Positions 1-9,085 of a stretch of DNA of 37,586 nucleotides are shown here, piece after piece. The position numbers and the translations under genes were made by a program. The notes under the pieces are model-generated. The model did no database searches. It saw only the letters and a program-made list of their open reading frames with translations, and was not told the origin of the DNA. Origin of the DNA: Clostridia bacterium (GTDB lineage Bacteria > Bacillota > Clostridia > Christensenellales > UBA1242); contig JAVWAR010000001.1 in NCBI GenBank assembly GCA_036649955.1, positions 1 through 37,586 on the forward strand, in the 5' to 3' direction. Each line of letters opens with the position of its first letter. The first letter of the stretch is position 1.

Positions 1-796
1 CTGGACCTACATGGCTTCCGACAACTGGACCTATATATCCTTCTGTAAATTTTTCATTTGGACGTTTATTCATTACAATTTGTTTAAACATATCGTAGTT
101 TTTAGGACTACCACATTTTAAAACATATAACTTTTTAACGTTTTGTGGAATTGATGAAATAATATCCGCTATTGCTCTACCCATTCCTATTGATTTTTTA
201 GCAACTTTAAGTGCGCCTTGCGTAAAAATAAATATCGGTTTAATTTGAAGTATTGAACCTAAAAGCGCACCCAGTTTACCAATTCTTCCACCATTCTTTA
301 AATAATCAAGAGTATCTGGAATAAACGTTATTGCACTGCCTTTTTTAATGCTTTCTAGTTTGACAAGCAATTCTGCCATAGGTACACCTTCCTCAATAAG
401 GTCATACGCATACTGAACCATATAACAAGTTGGCTGGCAAAGATTGTCACTATCAAAAACAGTTACAGCCTCTGGTTTTTTTGAATCGTTTTTAGCAAGA
501 TGAGCAACACTATTAGTCCCACTAAGAGCAGAAGTTATAGTTATACACAAAACCTCATTACCCTCATCAATAATTTCATTAAATGCTTTTAAATATAATT
601 CATAAGATGGTTGACTTGTCTTTGGGAAAAAGTGCATTTTTTGTGCATATTCATATATTTCTGAAAAACCATTTTCAAAATGTTCTTCATATTCTTGTTC
701 TCCAACAAGAACTCTAAGAGGAACGACTCTTAAATCTTTATTTTTAGCATAATCTTCTGGAATACTAGCAGTAGAGTCACACACAATTTTTATCAT
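1..796 (-). CDS. DegV family fatty-acid-binding protein (3' end runs off the window start)
   Basis: Absent from the ORF track because it is truncated. Reverse complement from ATG 796-794 (GGAG 8 nt upstream) reads MIKIVCDSTASIPEDYAKNKDLRVVPLRVLVGEQEYEEHFENGFSEIYEYAQKMHFFPKTSQPSY. DST..P, VVPL.V and TSQPS are DegV hallmarks. Confidence 0.75.
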   Translation of the reverse strand, partial: MIKIVCDSTASIPEDYAKNKDLRVVPLRVLVGEQEYEEHFENGFSEIYEYAQKMHFFPKTSQPSYELYLKAFNEIIDEGNEVLCITITSALSGTNSVAHLAKNDSKKPEAVTVFDSDNLCQPTCYMVQYAYDLIEEGVPMAELLVKLESIKKGSAITFIPDTLDYLKNGGRIGKLGALLGSILQIKPIFIFTQGALKVAKKSIGMGRAIADIISSIPQNVKKLYVLKCGSPKNYDMFKQIVMNKRPNEKFTEGYIGPVVGSHVGP

Positions 797-860
797 AAAT
801 TAGTCTCCTATTTCTCAATTATATCACACTATATTATAAAAGCAAACTAAAAATGAATGT

Positions 861-888
861 AAAAAAAGGTTGCAATATGCAACCTTTT
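861..888 (-). terminator. Intrinsic terminator after dut
   Basis: Stem ggttgca (868-874) / tgcaacc (878-884) with a 3-nt loop. The A-run at 861-867 gives a U-tract on the minus-strand transcript. Sits 5 nt past the dut stop. Confidence 0.65.
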
Positions 889-892
889 AAAA

Positions 893-1408
893 TTATTTCG
901 ATGTACTTCCAAATCCGCCCACGCGCTCTTTGTTTGCAACATCACCAATAACAACACCATACTCTAAGAATACACCCTGAGCAAACCCTGCTCCACTATT
1001 TATTTCAACTACTTTATTTTCATTGCTTGCATTAGTAAGTTTAAATTGAATATGCCCTTCATTATTTATATTGTTATAATAATCTGCATCAATAATTCCA
1101 ACTGTATTGTTAAGTTGCAACCTAAATTTGAAACCCAACCCACTCTTAGGATACAAACTAAGCATCCAATTATCTAAAATAAAGCACTTAATACCAGACA
1201 AAATTTTAATAGTTTCATTAGGCTTTAATGTAAAAGATATTGGCGAATAAAAATCATAACCTGCTGACGATTTTGTCGCACGTGCCGGTAATACAATTTT
1301 ATCATAAATATCTTTTATCTCAGCACTCTTCATACTTGGATATTGTTCTTTGTAATCTTTTTCAAATTGACCATAAGAAATTTTCTCAAATCTTGCAACT
1401 TCTCTCAT
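893..1408 (-). CDS. dut: dUTP diphosphatase (dUTPase)
   Basis: 171 aa with SAGYDF, VGIIDADYY and C-terminal GGFGSTS motifs of trimeric dUTPases. The start ATG abuts the nrdG stop (TAAATG). Confidence 0.85.
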   Translation of the reverse strand: MREVARFEKISYGQFEKDYKEQYPSMKSAEIKDIYDKIVLPARATKSSAGYDFYSPISFTLKPNETIKILSGIKCFILDNWMLSLYPKSGLGFKFRLQLNNTVGIIDADYYNNINNEGHIQFKLTNASNENKVVEINSGAGFAQGVFLEYGVVIGDVANKERVGGFGSTSK

Positions 1409-1903
1409 TTAATAATCTCCACAATGTAAACAAATTTTTCCGCCTGATGATTTTTTTATATCAATAACACGTTGATTACTACTACCTTTCCATTTTAACT
1501 TTTTGTCTAGCAAATCTTTTTCAAATTTACCATCAACTAAAACATCAACACATTTCATACATGCTAAATTTTTAACATCATCATACATATATCCAGTATA
1601 CACCCAAATAGTTTTATTTTTAAATTTTTTAGAAATTTCTTCTATGAGTTTTCCGACTTCTCCTCTGTTTATTGTTGAAAGCGGATCACCACCACTGAAC
1701 GTAATTCCTGAAACATATGGCTTATTTAACTCATCAAACAATTCCTTCTTAGCACTTTCATCAAAAGGAATTCCGCCTGCATGGTCCCATGTAATAGGAT
1801 TGTGACAATCCTTACAATGATGCTCACAGCCTGCAACCCAAAGTACAACCCTAAGTCCATCACCATTAAGCATATCATCCTTAGTTATATTGTGATATCT
1901 CAT
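1409..1903 (-). CDS. nrdG: Anaerobic ribonucleoside-triphosphate reductase activating protein (radical SAM)
   Basis: 164 aa with the CEHHCKDCHN (CxxxCxxC) cluster motif. Lies immediately 3' of nrdD with a 1-nt gap. Confidence 0.9.
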   Translation of the reverse strand: MRYHNITKDDMLNGDGLRVVLWVAGCEHHCKDCHNPITWDHAGGIPFDESAKKELFDELNKPYVSGITFSGGDPLSTINRGEVGKLIEEISKKFKNKTIWVYTGYMYDDVKNLACMKCVDVLVDGKFEKDLLDKKLKWKGSSNQRVIDIKKSSGGKICLHCGDY

Positions 1904-1904
1904 A

Positions 1905-4025
1905 TTACATACTCTTCCTCTCTTTTATTTCCGCCATCTTAGCATTATTAAGACGCGAATCTCCCTTAACTCTTGAATATGAAAGGTAACCATTCATTCT
2001 TTCAATTTTAGTTAAATTCTTACTGCCACAAACGGGACAAACATCCATATCAAGTTCTTGGTGTCCACAATCATCACAATATGAAAGTGAAAGGTTTATA
2101 CCTTCATATAATCCAAGACCCATAGCACGTTTTACAAGAGTTTTTATTGCATCAGTATTATAATCGATTGGATATTTTACGTATTGTATTTTACCGCCAT
2201 TAAGTAAGTTCCAAAACCTATTTTCAAGGTCTTGTTTTTGTATTGGCGTAATATCTTCCGTAACATGACAATGGAAACTATTTGAAATATATTCCCTATC
2301 AGAAACATTTTTAATAATACCATACAATTTTCTAAATTGTGTAATTTGAAGCCCACATAAACTTTCTGCTGGTGTACCATAAATTGCATACAATCTATGG
2401 TCTTCATCTCTAAATTGTAGAATTTTTTTATTGATATATTCCATAACTTCAAGAGCAAATGCACCATCTTGAACCAAACTTTTTTTATTATATAATTGCT
2501 GTAATTCATTAAGTGCAGTTATACCAAAAGATGCTGTCGCACTATTAAGCAAAGGACGAATTTTATCATGAAATCCAAGATGCCCACCATAAAAGCCACC
2601 TTCACAATAACCAAGAGGGTTAGTGCTTGCTCTCATTTCACCCAAATAATCATACGTTCTTAAATGTAATGAACGAATAAGGTTTAGATAGTAGTCAAGT
2701 ACTTCATAAAAGTCCTTGTTTTCATGTTGTGCTTTTGCATATATAAGTGGTAAATGCAAACTTACAGCACCTATATTAAATCTACCAACAAACACTGGAA
2801 CATCTTTATCATCAGCAGGATTGATACCGCCCCTCTCATACCAAGGAGAAAGAAACGCTCTACAACCCATAGGACTGATAACTTTGCCATATTTTTTATA
2901 CATACTGGCAATATAACCTTCGCCAGTCAAACTTAACCAGTCTGGATACATGGTCTTACTAGAACATGCAACACCTGCTTCAAAAACATCTTCAAGAACT
3001 TTGCCCTTACCATGTAAATTTTCATCATATAAAAATACAAGTTTAGGAAATAACACTGGTTTCTTATTGTCTTTTTTACCTTGACCATTCATACGAACTT
3101 TTAACATATTGATAGTTGCCATCTTTCCAAATCTAGTTGTAGATAAGCCCGCAGTTACAGTAATAAACGGATAGTCGCCACGGCTTGAAGCAACTGTGTT
3201 GAATTTATATTCCCAGCCCTGGAAGCCTTGTTTAAAGTCTTTTTCAACATCAACAAGCGCCTGCTCTTCTGCTTTTTCTTTTGCAACGCCAAGAGATAAA
3301 TAATTATCCATATATTTTTTGAATGATTTTTCAGCATAAGGTTCAAGAATTTTATCAACCTCTGGTACGGTAAACCCACCATACTGCTGACTTGCAGCCG
3401 AAAGAACCACATCACCAATAACGTCAAACGCAACGTCTAGTGTCTTTGGCTCGTTATACCACATGTTGCTCATCTCAAAACCACCCTTTAAAACATGTTC
3501 AACGTCAAAAAGGCAACAATTCATTGTATCACGGCGAGCCGACATATCATGAACATAAATATAACCATCACGACATGCTTGCAATTCTTCATTATTTAAG
3601 AAAAACTTTTGATAAAGTTCTTTATTTAACTGATTAAATATCAAACAACGCTTAGTTGATACAAGCGCACTATCAGCATTACTATTTTCTTTATCACCAA
3701 GATACATAATATCTTGACTTTTTTTATATACATCATCAAGCATGCGAACAAAGTCTTGCTTGTAATTGCGATAGTCTTTATAACTTTTTGCAACCTCAGG
3801 CTTAACTATTTCAAGAACGCTCTCTACAATATTGTGCATTATTTGTACAGGAATTTCTTCCTGACCATATTCAATGGCCTTTTTGTCTACATATTTACAA
3901 ATATATGCAATCTCATCCTCTGTAAATTTTACAAGTGCACGATACGCAGATTTGTTTACAGCAACAACGACTTTCTGAACATTATAGTCTTCTTTTGTCC
4001 CATCTTTTTTGATTATTTTTATCAT
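1905..4025 (-). CDS. nrdD: Anaerobic ribonucleoside-triphosphate reductase (class III)
   Basis: N-terminal ATP-cone (MIKIIKKDGTKEDY), C-terminal Zn ribbon CDDCGH..CPVCG, and glycyl-radical motif RMNGYLSY. The ORF-track start at 4034 is a GTG only 1 nt after AAGGAG; ATG 4025 has about 10-nt spacing and is preferred. Confidence 0.93.
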   Translation of the reverse strand: MIKIIKKDGTKEDYNVQKVVVAVNKSAYRALVKFTEDEIAYICKYVDKKAIEYGQEEIPVQIMHNIVESVLEIVKPEVAKSYKDYRNYKQDFVRMLDDVYKKSQDIMYLGDKENSNADSALVSTKRCLIFNQLNKELYQKFFLNNEELQACRDGYIYVHDMSARRDTMNCCLFDVEHVLKGGFEMSNMWYNEPKTLDVAFDVIGDVVLSAASQQYGGFTVPEVDKILEPYAEKSFKKYMDNYLSLGVAKEKAEEQALVDVEKDFKQGFQGWEYKFNTVASSRGDYPFITVTAGLSTTRFGKMATINMLKVRMNGQGKKDNKKPVLFPKLVFLYDENLHGKGKVLEDVFEAGVACSSKTMYPDWLSLTGEGYIASMYKKYGKVISPMGCRAFLSPWYERGGINPADDKDVPVFVGRFNIGAVSLHLPLIYAKAQHENKDFYEVLDYYLNLIRSLHLRTYDYLGEMRASTNPLGYCEGGFYGGHLGFHDKIRPLLNSATASFGITALNELQQLYNKKSLVQDGAFALEVMEYINKKILQFRDEDHRLYAIYGTPAESLCGLQITQFRKLYGIIKNVSDREYISNSFHCHVTEDITPIQKQDLENRFWNLLNGGKIQYVKYPIDYNTDAIKTLVKRAMGLGLYEGINLSLSYCDDCGHQELDMDVCPVCGSKNLTKIERMNGYLSYSRVKGDSRLNNAKMAEIKERKSM

Positions 4026-4051
4026 ATGATTCACGCTCCTTTAAACAAAAA

Positions 4052-4067
4052 ACACAACATATAGTGT
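4052..4067 (-). promoter_or_regulatory. NrdR-box-like palindrome (proximal)
   Basis: Plus strand reads ACACAACATATAGTGT, matching the 16-bp NrdR box pattern acaCwAtATaTwGtgt. Lies 27 nt upstream of the nrdD start. Confidence 0.65.
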
Positions 4068-4083
4068 TTTTGTGATTTCCAAA

Positions 4084-4099
4084 ACACAATATGTTGTAT
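4084..4099 (-). promoter_or_regulatory. NrdR-box-like palindrome (distal)
   Basis: Plus strand reads ACACAATATGTTGTAT. Offset from the proximal box is exactly 32 bp (about 3 helical turns), the usual tandem arrangement. Confidence 0.6.
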
Positions 4100-4184
4100 T
4101 TATGCTAACATAATAAAAAATATAACGCAAACAAAAAAAGTACTTTTTTATAAATATTTTCAATATTTTATCATTTGGTTTTCT

Positions 4185-4240
4185 TATAATAACTATATCG
4201 TTTTTCTATTATAACTATATGGTTTTTATAATATAACTAA
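4185..4240. repeat. Imperfect 22-bp direct repeat, 2.5 copies
   Basis: TATAATAACTATATCGTTTTT (4185-4205), TATTATAACTATATGGTTTTT (4207-4227) and partial TATAATATAACTA (4228-4240). Lies between the pyrG stop and the nrdD control region. Confidence 0.5.
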
Positions 4241-4244
4241 ACTA

Positions 4245-5807
4245 TTATTTTGCTTTTACACAATTAATAAAATTGACAATTAGTGGATTTGGAGAAAGCG
4301 GATTACTTTTAAATTCAATATGTGCAAGCGAACCTACAAAAAACTTGTTTTCTGGATATTCAATAAAAGATACTTCACCACTTACAGCATCTTCCCCGGA
4401 GAAAACTAAACCAGTTTTTTCCATTATGCCTGCATACATTTGATTAAACCCATAAAAATGTCTGTATCTTTCAATAATAGACTTAGTTTTATAAGCATTA
4501 CCTACAAGTGTATCATTTTTTAAAAGTATTTCTCTTGCTCCAATCACTGCCTCATCATTTTTCTTAATAATAGGATTTAATGTTTCAGGATTGCTCTCAA
4601 TAGTATCCGCAGACGACATTTGTGCTTTATTCCTTGCAAGTTCAATAATCATTAATTGCATTCCAAGTCCAATAGCAAGTGTAGGCAAATTGCTTTCACG
4701 TACTATTTTTATTAAATTAATTAATTGTTCATTCACTCTTGCCTGATATCCACCTGCAAAAACTACACCATCCATTGAAAGCAGTTCATCATATGTGGCC
4801 AATTTTTCCGCATCAAAAAGTTTTACTTTCACTTTTGTATTACAAGCAAGACCCGCATGTTTTAAAGCCTCAACCACTGAAATATAGGCATCAGGAGTGG
4901 TATTGTATTTCCCAACAACACCAATCTTTACTTCATAAGACAACGCCTTTGTGTCTTTTAAAAGTTTCTTCCATTCTAACATGGCAGATTCTTTGGCTTT
5001 AAGTTTAAGTTTACTCAGCACAATCTTATCAAGACCCTGAGATTTAAGCAATAACGGAACTTCATAAATAGAATCACAATCAGGGTTATGAAAAACTGCA
5101 CTACCTGACGATAAGTTACAAAACAAAGCAATTTTATCTCTAAGTTCATCAGACAATTCAACATTTTTATTAGTTCTGCACATTATAATATCTGGTATAA
5201 GCCCAAGCCCCGTAAGTTCTTTTACACTATGTTGTGTTGGTTTAGTCTTAACCTCACCGGCAGCCTCAATATATGGAAGTAAAGTTACATGAATATGAAT
5301 AGAACCATTTTCACCACATTCATGTCTAAATTGCCTTATGGCTTCAAGATATGGTAAACCTTCAATATCCCCAACCGTACCACCAATTTCAATTATTACA
5401 ACATCCACATCATCCCGTGCAGAAAGTTTCATACAATTTTTTATTTCATTAGTAACGTGCGGTATAACCTGAACCGTACCACCATTATATAAACCTTTTC
5501 TTTCTTTTGCTATTACCGTGCTATATATTTTACCACTAGTAAAATCGCAATTTTTATCAAAATAATTGCCTAAAAATCTTTCATAATGACCTATATCAAG
5601 GTCGGTTTCACAACCATCTTCTGTGACAAAAATTTCACCATGCTGACGTGGGTCCATCATAGTTGGGTCTACATTAAAATAAGGGTCAAATTTTTGAACA
5701 TTGACTCTAAGACCTCTATCTTTTAAAATGCGTCCTAAACTGGCAGCAGTAATGCCCTTTCCTAAACTTGATACAACGCCACCTGTTACAAAAATATATT
5801 TACTCAT
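4245..5807 (-). CDS. pyrG: CTP synthase, with the glutaminase nucleophile Cys replaced by Gly
   Basis: MSKYIFVTGGVVSSLGKGI, DPYFNVDP..QHGEIFVT.DG.ETDLDIGHYERF and KTKPTQHS are present. The GATase half has AIGLGMQ (canonical GICLGMQ) and AHIEF (canonical FHPEF). GGAGG lies 5 nt upstream of ATG 5807, so the 4-codon MEAK extension in the track was dropped. Confidence 0.9.
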   Translation of the reverse strand: MSKYIFVTGGVVSSLGKGITAASLGRILKDRGLRVNVQKFDPYFNVDPTMMDPRQHGEIFVTEDGCETDLDIGHYERFLGNYFDKNCDFTSGKIYSTVIAKERKGLYNGGTVQVIPHVTNEIKNCMKLSARDDVDVVIIEIGGTVGDIEGLPYLEAIRQFRHECGENGSIHIHVTLLPYIEAAGEVKTKPTQHSVKELTGLGLIPDIIMCRTNKNVELSDELRDKIALFCNLSSGSAVFHNPDCDSIYEVPLLLKSQGLDKIVLSKLKLKAKESAMLEWKKLLKDTKALSYEVKIGVVGKYNTTPDAYISVVEALKHAGLACNTKVKVKLFDAEKLATYDELLSMDGVVFAGGYQARVNEQLINLIKIVRESNLPTLAIGLGMQLMIIELARNKAQMSSADTIESNPETLNPIIKKNDEAVIGAREILLKNDTLVGNAYKTKSIIERYRHFYGFNQMYAGIMEKTGLVFSGEDAVSGEVSFIEYPENKFFVGSLAHIEFKSNPLSPNPLIVNFINCVKAK

Positions 5808-5829
5808 TTTAGCCTCCATTTATAATTTA

Positions 5830-5859
5830 ATTATAATGAGTTTCAAGTACATTAGTCAA
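5830..5859 (-). promoter_or_regulatory. Putative sigma-A promoter of pyrG
   Basis: Minus strand reads TTGACT (5859-5854), 18-nt spacer, TATAAT (5835-5830). About 22 nt upstream of the pyrG ATG. Confidence 0.5.
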
Positions 5860-6010
5860 CAGCATACAAGTTAAATATAAATTTTTGTAACGGGTGCACA
5901 AATTTTAAGATAAATTGTTTGATTTTAATGTTTTTGTATTGTATAATAACATTATTAAGTTAAAAAGAAAGTGACCACTATTTTTATATTGGTTATATAA
6001 TAAAAACAAA

Positions 6011-6029
6011 AACCCACTATATGTGGGTT
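6011..6029 (-). terminator. Intrinsic terminator after the lipid kinase gene
   Basis: aacccac (6011-6017) / gtgggtt (6023-6029) with a 5-nt loop. The minus transcript continues UUUUUGUUUUU. Begins 3 nt past the stop codon. Confidence 0.7.
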
Positions 6030-6031
6030 TT

Positions 6032-6934
6032 TTAATTTTTATAAATTTTAATTTTAGAAGCAGTAATTTCAATTTCAAGCGGAAGTGCTGGTCCAACGTT
6101 TCCATCCAAATCTGCAAAATTAAATTTATCATTTTGCGCAAGTTTATCAACTTTAAAATCACTACCTTTTGCATAAACAACGTGTTTATTGTTGATATGT
6201 TTACCCAACAATATTTCAAAAAACAATTTAGTAAAAGTAAAAATATTACAGTTTTTTATTCCAACAAAGTCAAATTTACCATCATAGATTTCGGCATTTG
6301 GTGCAAATTTTTTAAAACCACCTGCCGTTTGTGAATTTACAATGTATAAAAATAAAAATTCATCCTCAATCGTTTTTTCATTAATTTTAATAGATAGTTT
6401 GCATGAACGCATGGCAAATGCTGAAAATACGCATTTAAAATAATATCCAAGTTTTCCAAAATATTTTTTTGCATGACTACTATAAACCGTACCACCATTA
6501 CTAAAATTGCCTACTCCAATCGCATTAATGGCATAATAACCATTCACTTTTGCAACATCTGTTTTTAAAGGTGTTGTTTTTAATAAGACATCAATAAATT
6601 TGTTGATATTTTTTGGCATATGAGAAAATGTAGCAAAATCATTTGCAGTTCCTGCTGGATAAACAGCGACACTTGCATCAATGTTTGATGATAGTATTGC
6701 ATGAATCACTGTACCAAGCGTACCATCCCCACCAACACTTATAACAATAGCACCTTCATCACCAATAGAATTTAAACACTTAAAATACTCGTTTAAATCC
6801 TCTTTGCTTGTTGACTCAAATATACGTACATCAGTAAATTCTCTTTTTATAAGTTCACAAACTATATCCTCTGCATGTTTTTTTGAGTTGCCCTTCCCCG
6901 AAAGTGGGTTATAAACTACAATATAAGTTTTCAT
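6032..6934 (-). CDS. Diacylglycerol/lipid kinase (DagK/YegS/BmrU family)
   Basis: 300 aa. Has YNPLSGKG at the N-terminus, the VGGDGTLG nucleotide motif, GTANDFA and DLDGN, and is colinear with Bacillus DgkB-type kinases. AGAGGA RBS. Confidence 0.8.
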   Translation of the reverse strand: MKTYIVVYNPLSGKGNSKKHAEDIVCELIKREFTDVRIFESTSKEDLNEYFKCLNSIGDEGAIVISVGGDGTLGTVIHAILSSNIDASVAVYPAGTANDFATFSHMPKNINKFIDVLLKTTPLKTDVAKVNGYYAINAIGVGNFSNGGTVYSSHAKKYFGKLGYYFKCVFSAFAMRSCKLSIKINEKTIEDEFLFLYIVNSQTAGGFKKFAPNAEIYDGKFDFVGIKNCNIFTFTKLFFEILLGKHINNKHVVYAKGSDFKVDKLAQNDKFNFADLDGNVGPALPLEIEITASKIKIYKN

Positions 6935-6948
6935 ATTTTCCTCTATTA

Positions 6949-8715
6949 TTATATAAGTTGTTCCATTTCATTTATTAGATTGATTATAAATTCAAAAGCC
7001 TCATCATACGCCTGACTGCAAGATAGGTCAATTCCAATATTTTTAAGAAGTGACAAGGCATCATTACTATTTCCACTTTTTAAAAATTGAAGATAATTAG
7101 ATGCAAATGAATTATCTTTAAGTAGTTTACTCGCTATAATTATTGCGGATATAAAGCCGGTCGCATATTTAAAGACATAAAATGATGAATAAAAATGACT
7201 AATTCTACTCCATTCATACTTACTATATTCCGTTTGCATGTCTTTTGACCCAAAATATTTAGTTAAAAGTTCTCCATAAATTGTATTAAAAACATCATAA
7301 CTTAATGGTTCATTATTTTCAAGTTTTTCACATATTGTCTTTTCAAACTCTGAGAACATTGTCTGCCTAATTACTGTTGCATAAAATTTAAAAATCAAAT
7401 TGTCTATTAAAATAAGTTTTTCAGTTTTATCGGTTTCTTTATTAATTAAATATAAACTAAGTAGCACTTCATTTACGGTCGATGCTATCTCTGCCGTAAA
7501 GATTTCCTGCTCACTCTTCTCGTAACACTGAGTAGTTTCAGCAAGATATGCATGCATAGCGTGTCCCAACTCATGTGCAAGTGTTGAAATTTCTTCATAG
7601 TTTTCCTGATGATTAACAAGAATAAATGGAACAGCAGTTCCAGTACTTATACAAAATCCTCCACTATTTTTACCAAAGCATGGTAAAAAATCTATCCACC
7701 TCTCAACTTGTGCTTTATTTATAAGTTTTATATACTCTTCACCAAGAGGTTTCATAGCATTTTTAACTATTTCAATAGACGTTTCAATATCTGGCTTAAA
7801 GTCATTCTTACTTTTTATAGTACCATAAATATCATAAATTTTCAAACTGTTCAAGCCAAGCATTTTTTGTTTTACTTTAAAATATTTAAAAATAATAGGT
7901 AAGTTATTATCAATATTGTCCGTCAAGGTAGAATAAATACTTTCGTCTATTTCATCCTCGAACATATTTGCACTAAAAACATCTTTAAAGTTTCGTGACA
8001 CAGCAAAAAATCTATCTGCCTTTAATGACGCAAGATAGTTTACTGCCAACGTTTTGTTTACAGACATGTATCCTTTAAGTAAGTTATCATAAGCCTGCAT
8101 TCTAACATCTCTATCATCACTAAAAATATACTTAGAATAATTATTCGGGTCAAGTTTAAATTGCGTGCCATTACAATTAATATCTTCAAATTTAAGTTCA
8201 GACGTTTCTAGTGTATCAAAAATTTCGCTATTATCACAATAACTACCCGCACCAACAAGCAACTTTTCTTCCTTTTCACTAAGAACATGTGGCTTATTGC
8301 GTATTATATTTAAAATAGACCTACTAAAATCTTCAAATTGAACGTCACTAACAACATCATTTAAATAATCGTTTGAAAGTGCTGATAAAAGTGAATTGAA
8401 ACAAGAAAGTTTTTGAGAAATTTCAAGACTAAGATTTTCATACATATTTTGTACTTCAATAATTTCAGCATTGTCACCTTCAACTGATTGGCGCAAAAAT
8501 AAATAAACACCCACTTTTGATGAAAGTTTAGACAATTTTCTTGAATTTAAATAATATTCAAGTAGTCCCTTTTTATTATTTAACTTATCTTTACATGACA
8601 TAACCATATCTGCAAGTCGTTTTATATTAATAAATTCTGATTTACAATCACTCAGGTTTTCAAAAAGCCTTTTATCATCCCATTTATATTTCAAATCAAT
8701 ATCTTTACGTTCCAT
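6949..8715 (-). CDS. pepF: Oligoendopeptidase F (M3B metallopeptidase)
   Basis: 588 aa with the HELGHAMH zinc motif in the expected position. Length is typical of PepF. Confidence 0.85.
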   Translation of the reverse strand: MERKDIDLKYKWDDKRLFENLSDCKSEFINIKRLADMVMSCKDKLNNKKGLLEYYLNSRKLSKLSSKVGVYLFLRQSVEGDNAEIIEVQNMYENLSLEISQKLSCFNSLLSALSNDYLNDVVSDVQFEDFSRSILNIIRNKPHVLSEKEEKLLVGAGSYCDNSEIFDTLETSELKFEDINCNGTQFKLDPNNYSKYIFSDDRDVRMQAYDNLLKGYMSVNKTLAVNYLASLKADRFFAVSRNFKDVFSANMFEDEIDESIYSTLTDNIDNNLPIIFKYFKVKQKMLGLNSLKIYDIYGTIKSKNDFKPDIETSIEIVKNAMKPLGEEYIKLINKAQVERWIDFLPCFGKNSGGFCISTGTAVPFILVNHQENYEEISTLAHELGHAMHAYLAETTQCYEKSEQEIFTAEIASTVNEVLLSLYLINKETDKTEKLILIDNLIFKFYATVIRQTMFSEFEKTICEKLENNEPLSYDVFNTIYGELLTKYFGSKDMQTEYSKYEWSRISHFYSSFYVFKYATGFISAIIIASKLLKDNSFASNYLQFLKSGNSNDALSLLKNIGIDLSCSQAYDEAFEFIINLINEMEQLI

Positions 8716-8731
8716 TTTTTACCTCACTTTA

Positions 8732-8760
8732 ATTATACCTATATTTAAGAAATTTAGCAA
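8732..8760 (-). promoter_or_regulatory. Putative sigma-A promoter of pepF
   Basis: Minus strand reads TTGCTA (8760-8755), 17-nt spacer, TATAAT (8737-8732), followed by a GTGAGGT RBS and the ATG. Confidence 0.5.
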
Positions 8761-8764
8761 TAAA

Positions 8765-8787
8765 GAAAAAGTGCTATGCACTTTTTC
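8765..8787 (-). terminator. Intrinsic terminator after the DUF378 gene
   Basis: 10-bp stem gaaaaagtgc / gcactttttc with a 3-nt loop, followed by a U-rich tail on the minus transcript. Confidence 0.6.
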
Positions 8788-8802
8788 TTTAATTTATTTA
8801 TA

Positions 8803-9027
8803 TTACTTTAATCTTTTTTCGGGAATATAACCAAGTTTGCCTTTACCAATAATTAGCATAATGATAAGCCAAACACCAGCAAGACCAACTAGTGCAAAAA
8901 TAATTCTTGCAAAAACACCTATTCCAAAAATCCACGTAACTAGATTAAATGAAAATATTCCAACAAGTAGCCAGTTTAATGCACCTACAATAGTTAGAAT
9001 TAGAGCGATTAATGTAGCAATAGCCAT
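8803..9027 (-). CDS. DUF378 small membrane protein
   Basis: 74 aa with two TM helices. IVGALNWLLVG is characteristic of the DUF378/YuzA family. GGAGAA RBS. Confidence 0.65.
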   Translation of the reverse strand: MAIATLIALILTIVGALNWLLVGIFSFNLVTWIFGIGVFARIIFALVGLAGVWLIIMLIIGKGKLGYIPEKRLK

Positions 9028-9085
9028 ACTTTTTCTCCTTATATTTATTTATAAGTAGTATGTGCGTGAATATTAATTTTTATTA

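Noticed and set aside
2177-3433. Nested out-of-frame minus-strand ORFs inside nrdD (2177-2509, 3155-3433). Similar ones occur inside mfd, pyk, pth, the PrsA-like gene and the surface genes.
   Set aside because: They lie entirely within strongly supported genes in another frame and have no motifs. They are chance open frames.
4026-4034. ORF-track N-terminal extensions that start at TTG or GTG, or at an unsupported upstream ATG: nrdD 4034, pyrG 5819, secG 9464, gpmI 11326, flippase 15896, 17671, 18901, 19154, pyk 25679, 26854.
   Set aside because: In each case a downstream start has a properly spaced Shine-Dalgarno sequence, and where known it matches the conserved family N-terminus. That start is an ATG in every case except the pseudo-peptidase (GTG 18883). 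The flippase ATG 15878 has no clear RBS and was chosen only because the upstream TTG lies in a terminator tail.
4134-4149. Palindrome AAAAAGTACTTTTT considered as the pyrG terminator.
   Set aside because: The stem would be almost purely A-U with essentially no loop, so it is not a credible intrinsic terminator. pyrG termination stays unresolved.
5905-6219. Minus-strand 104-aa ORF spanning the pyrG-upstream intergenic region and the 3' end of the lipid kinase gene.
   Set aside because: It overlaps the kinase CDS out of frame and runs through that gene's terminator. The translation is low-complexity (LKLKLLLLKLKFIKIKK) with no RBS.
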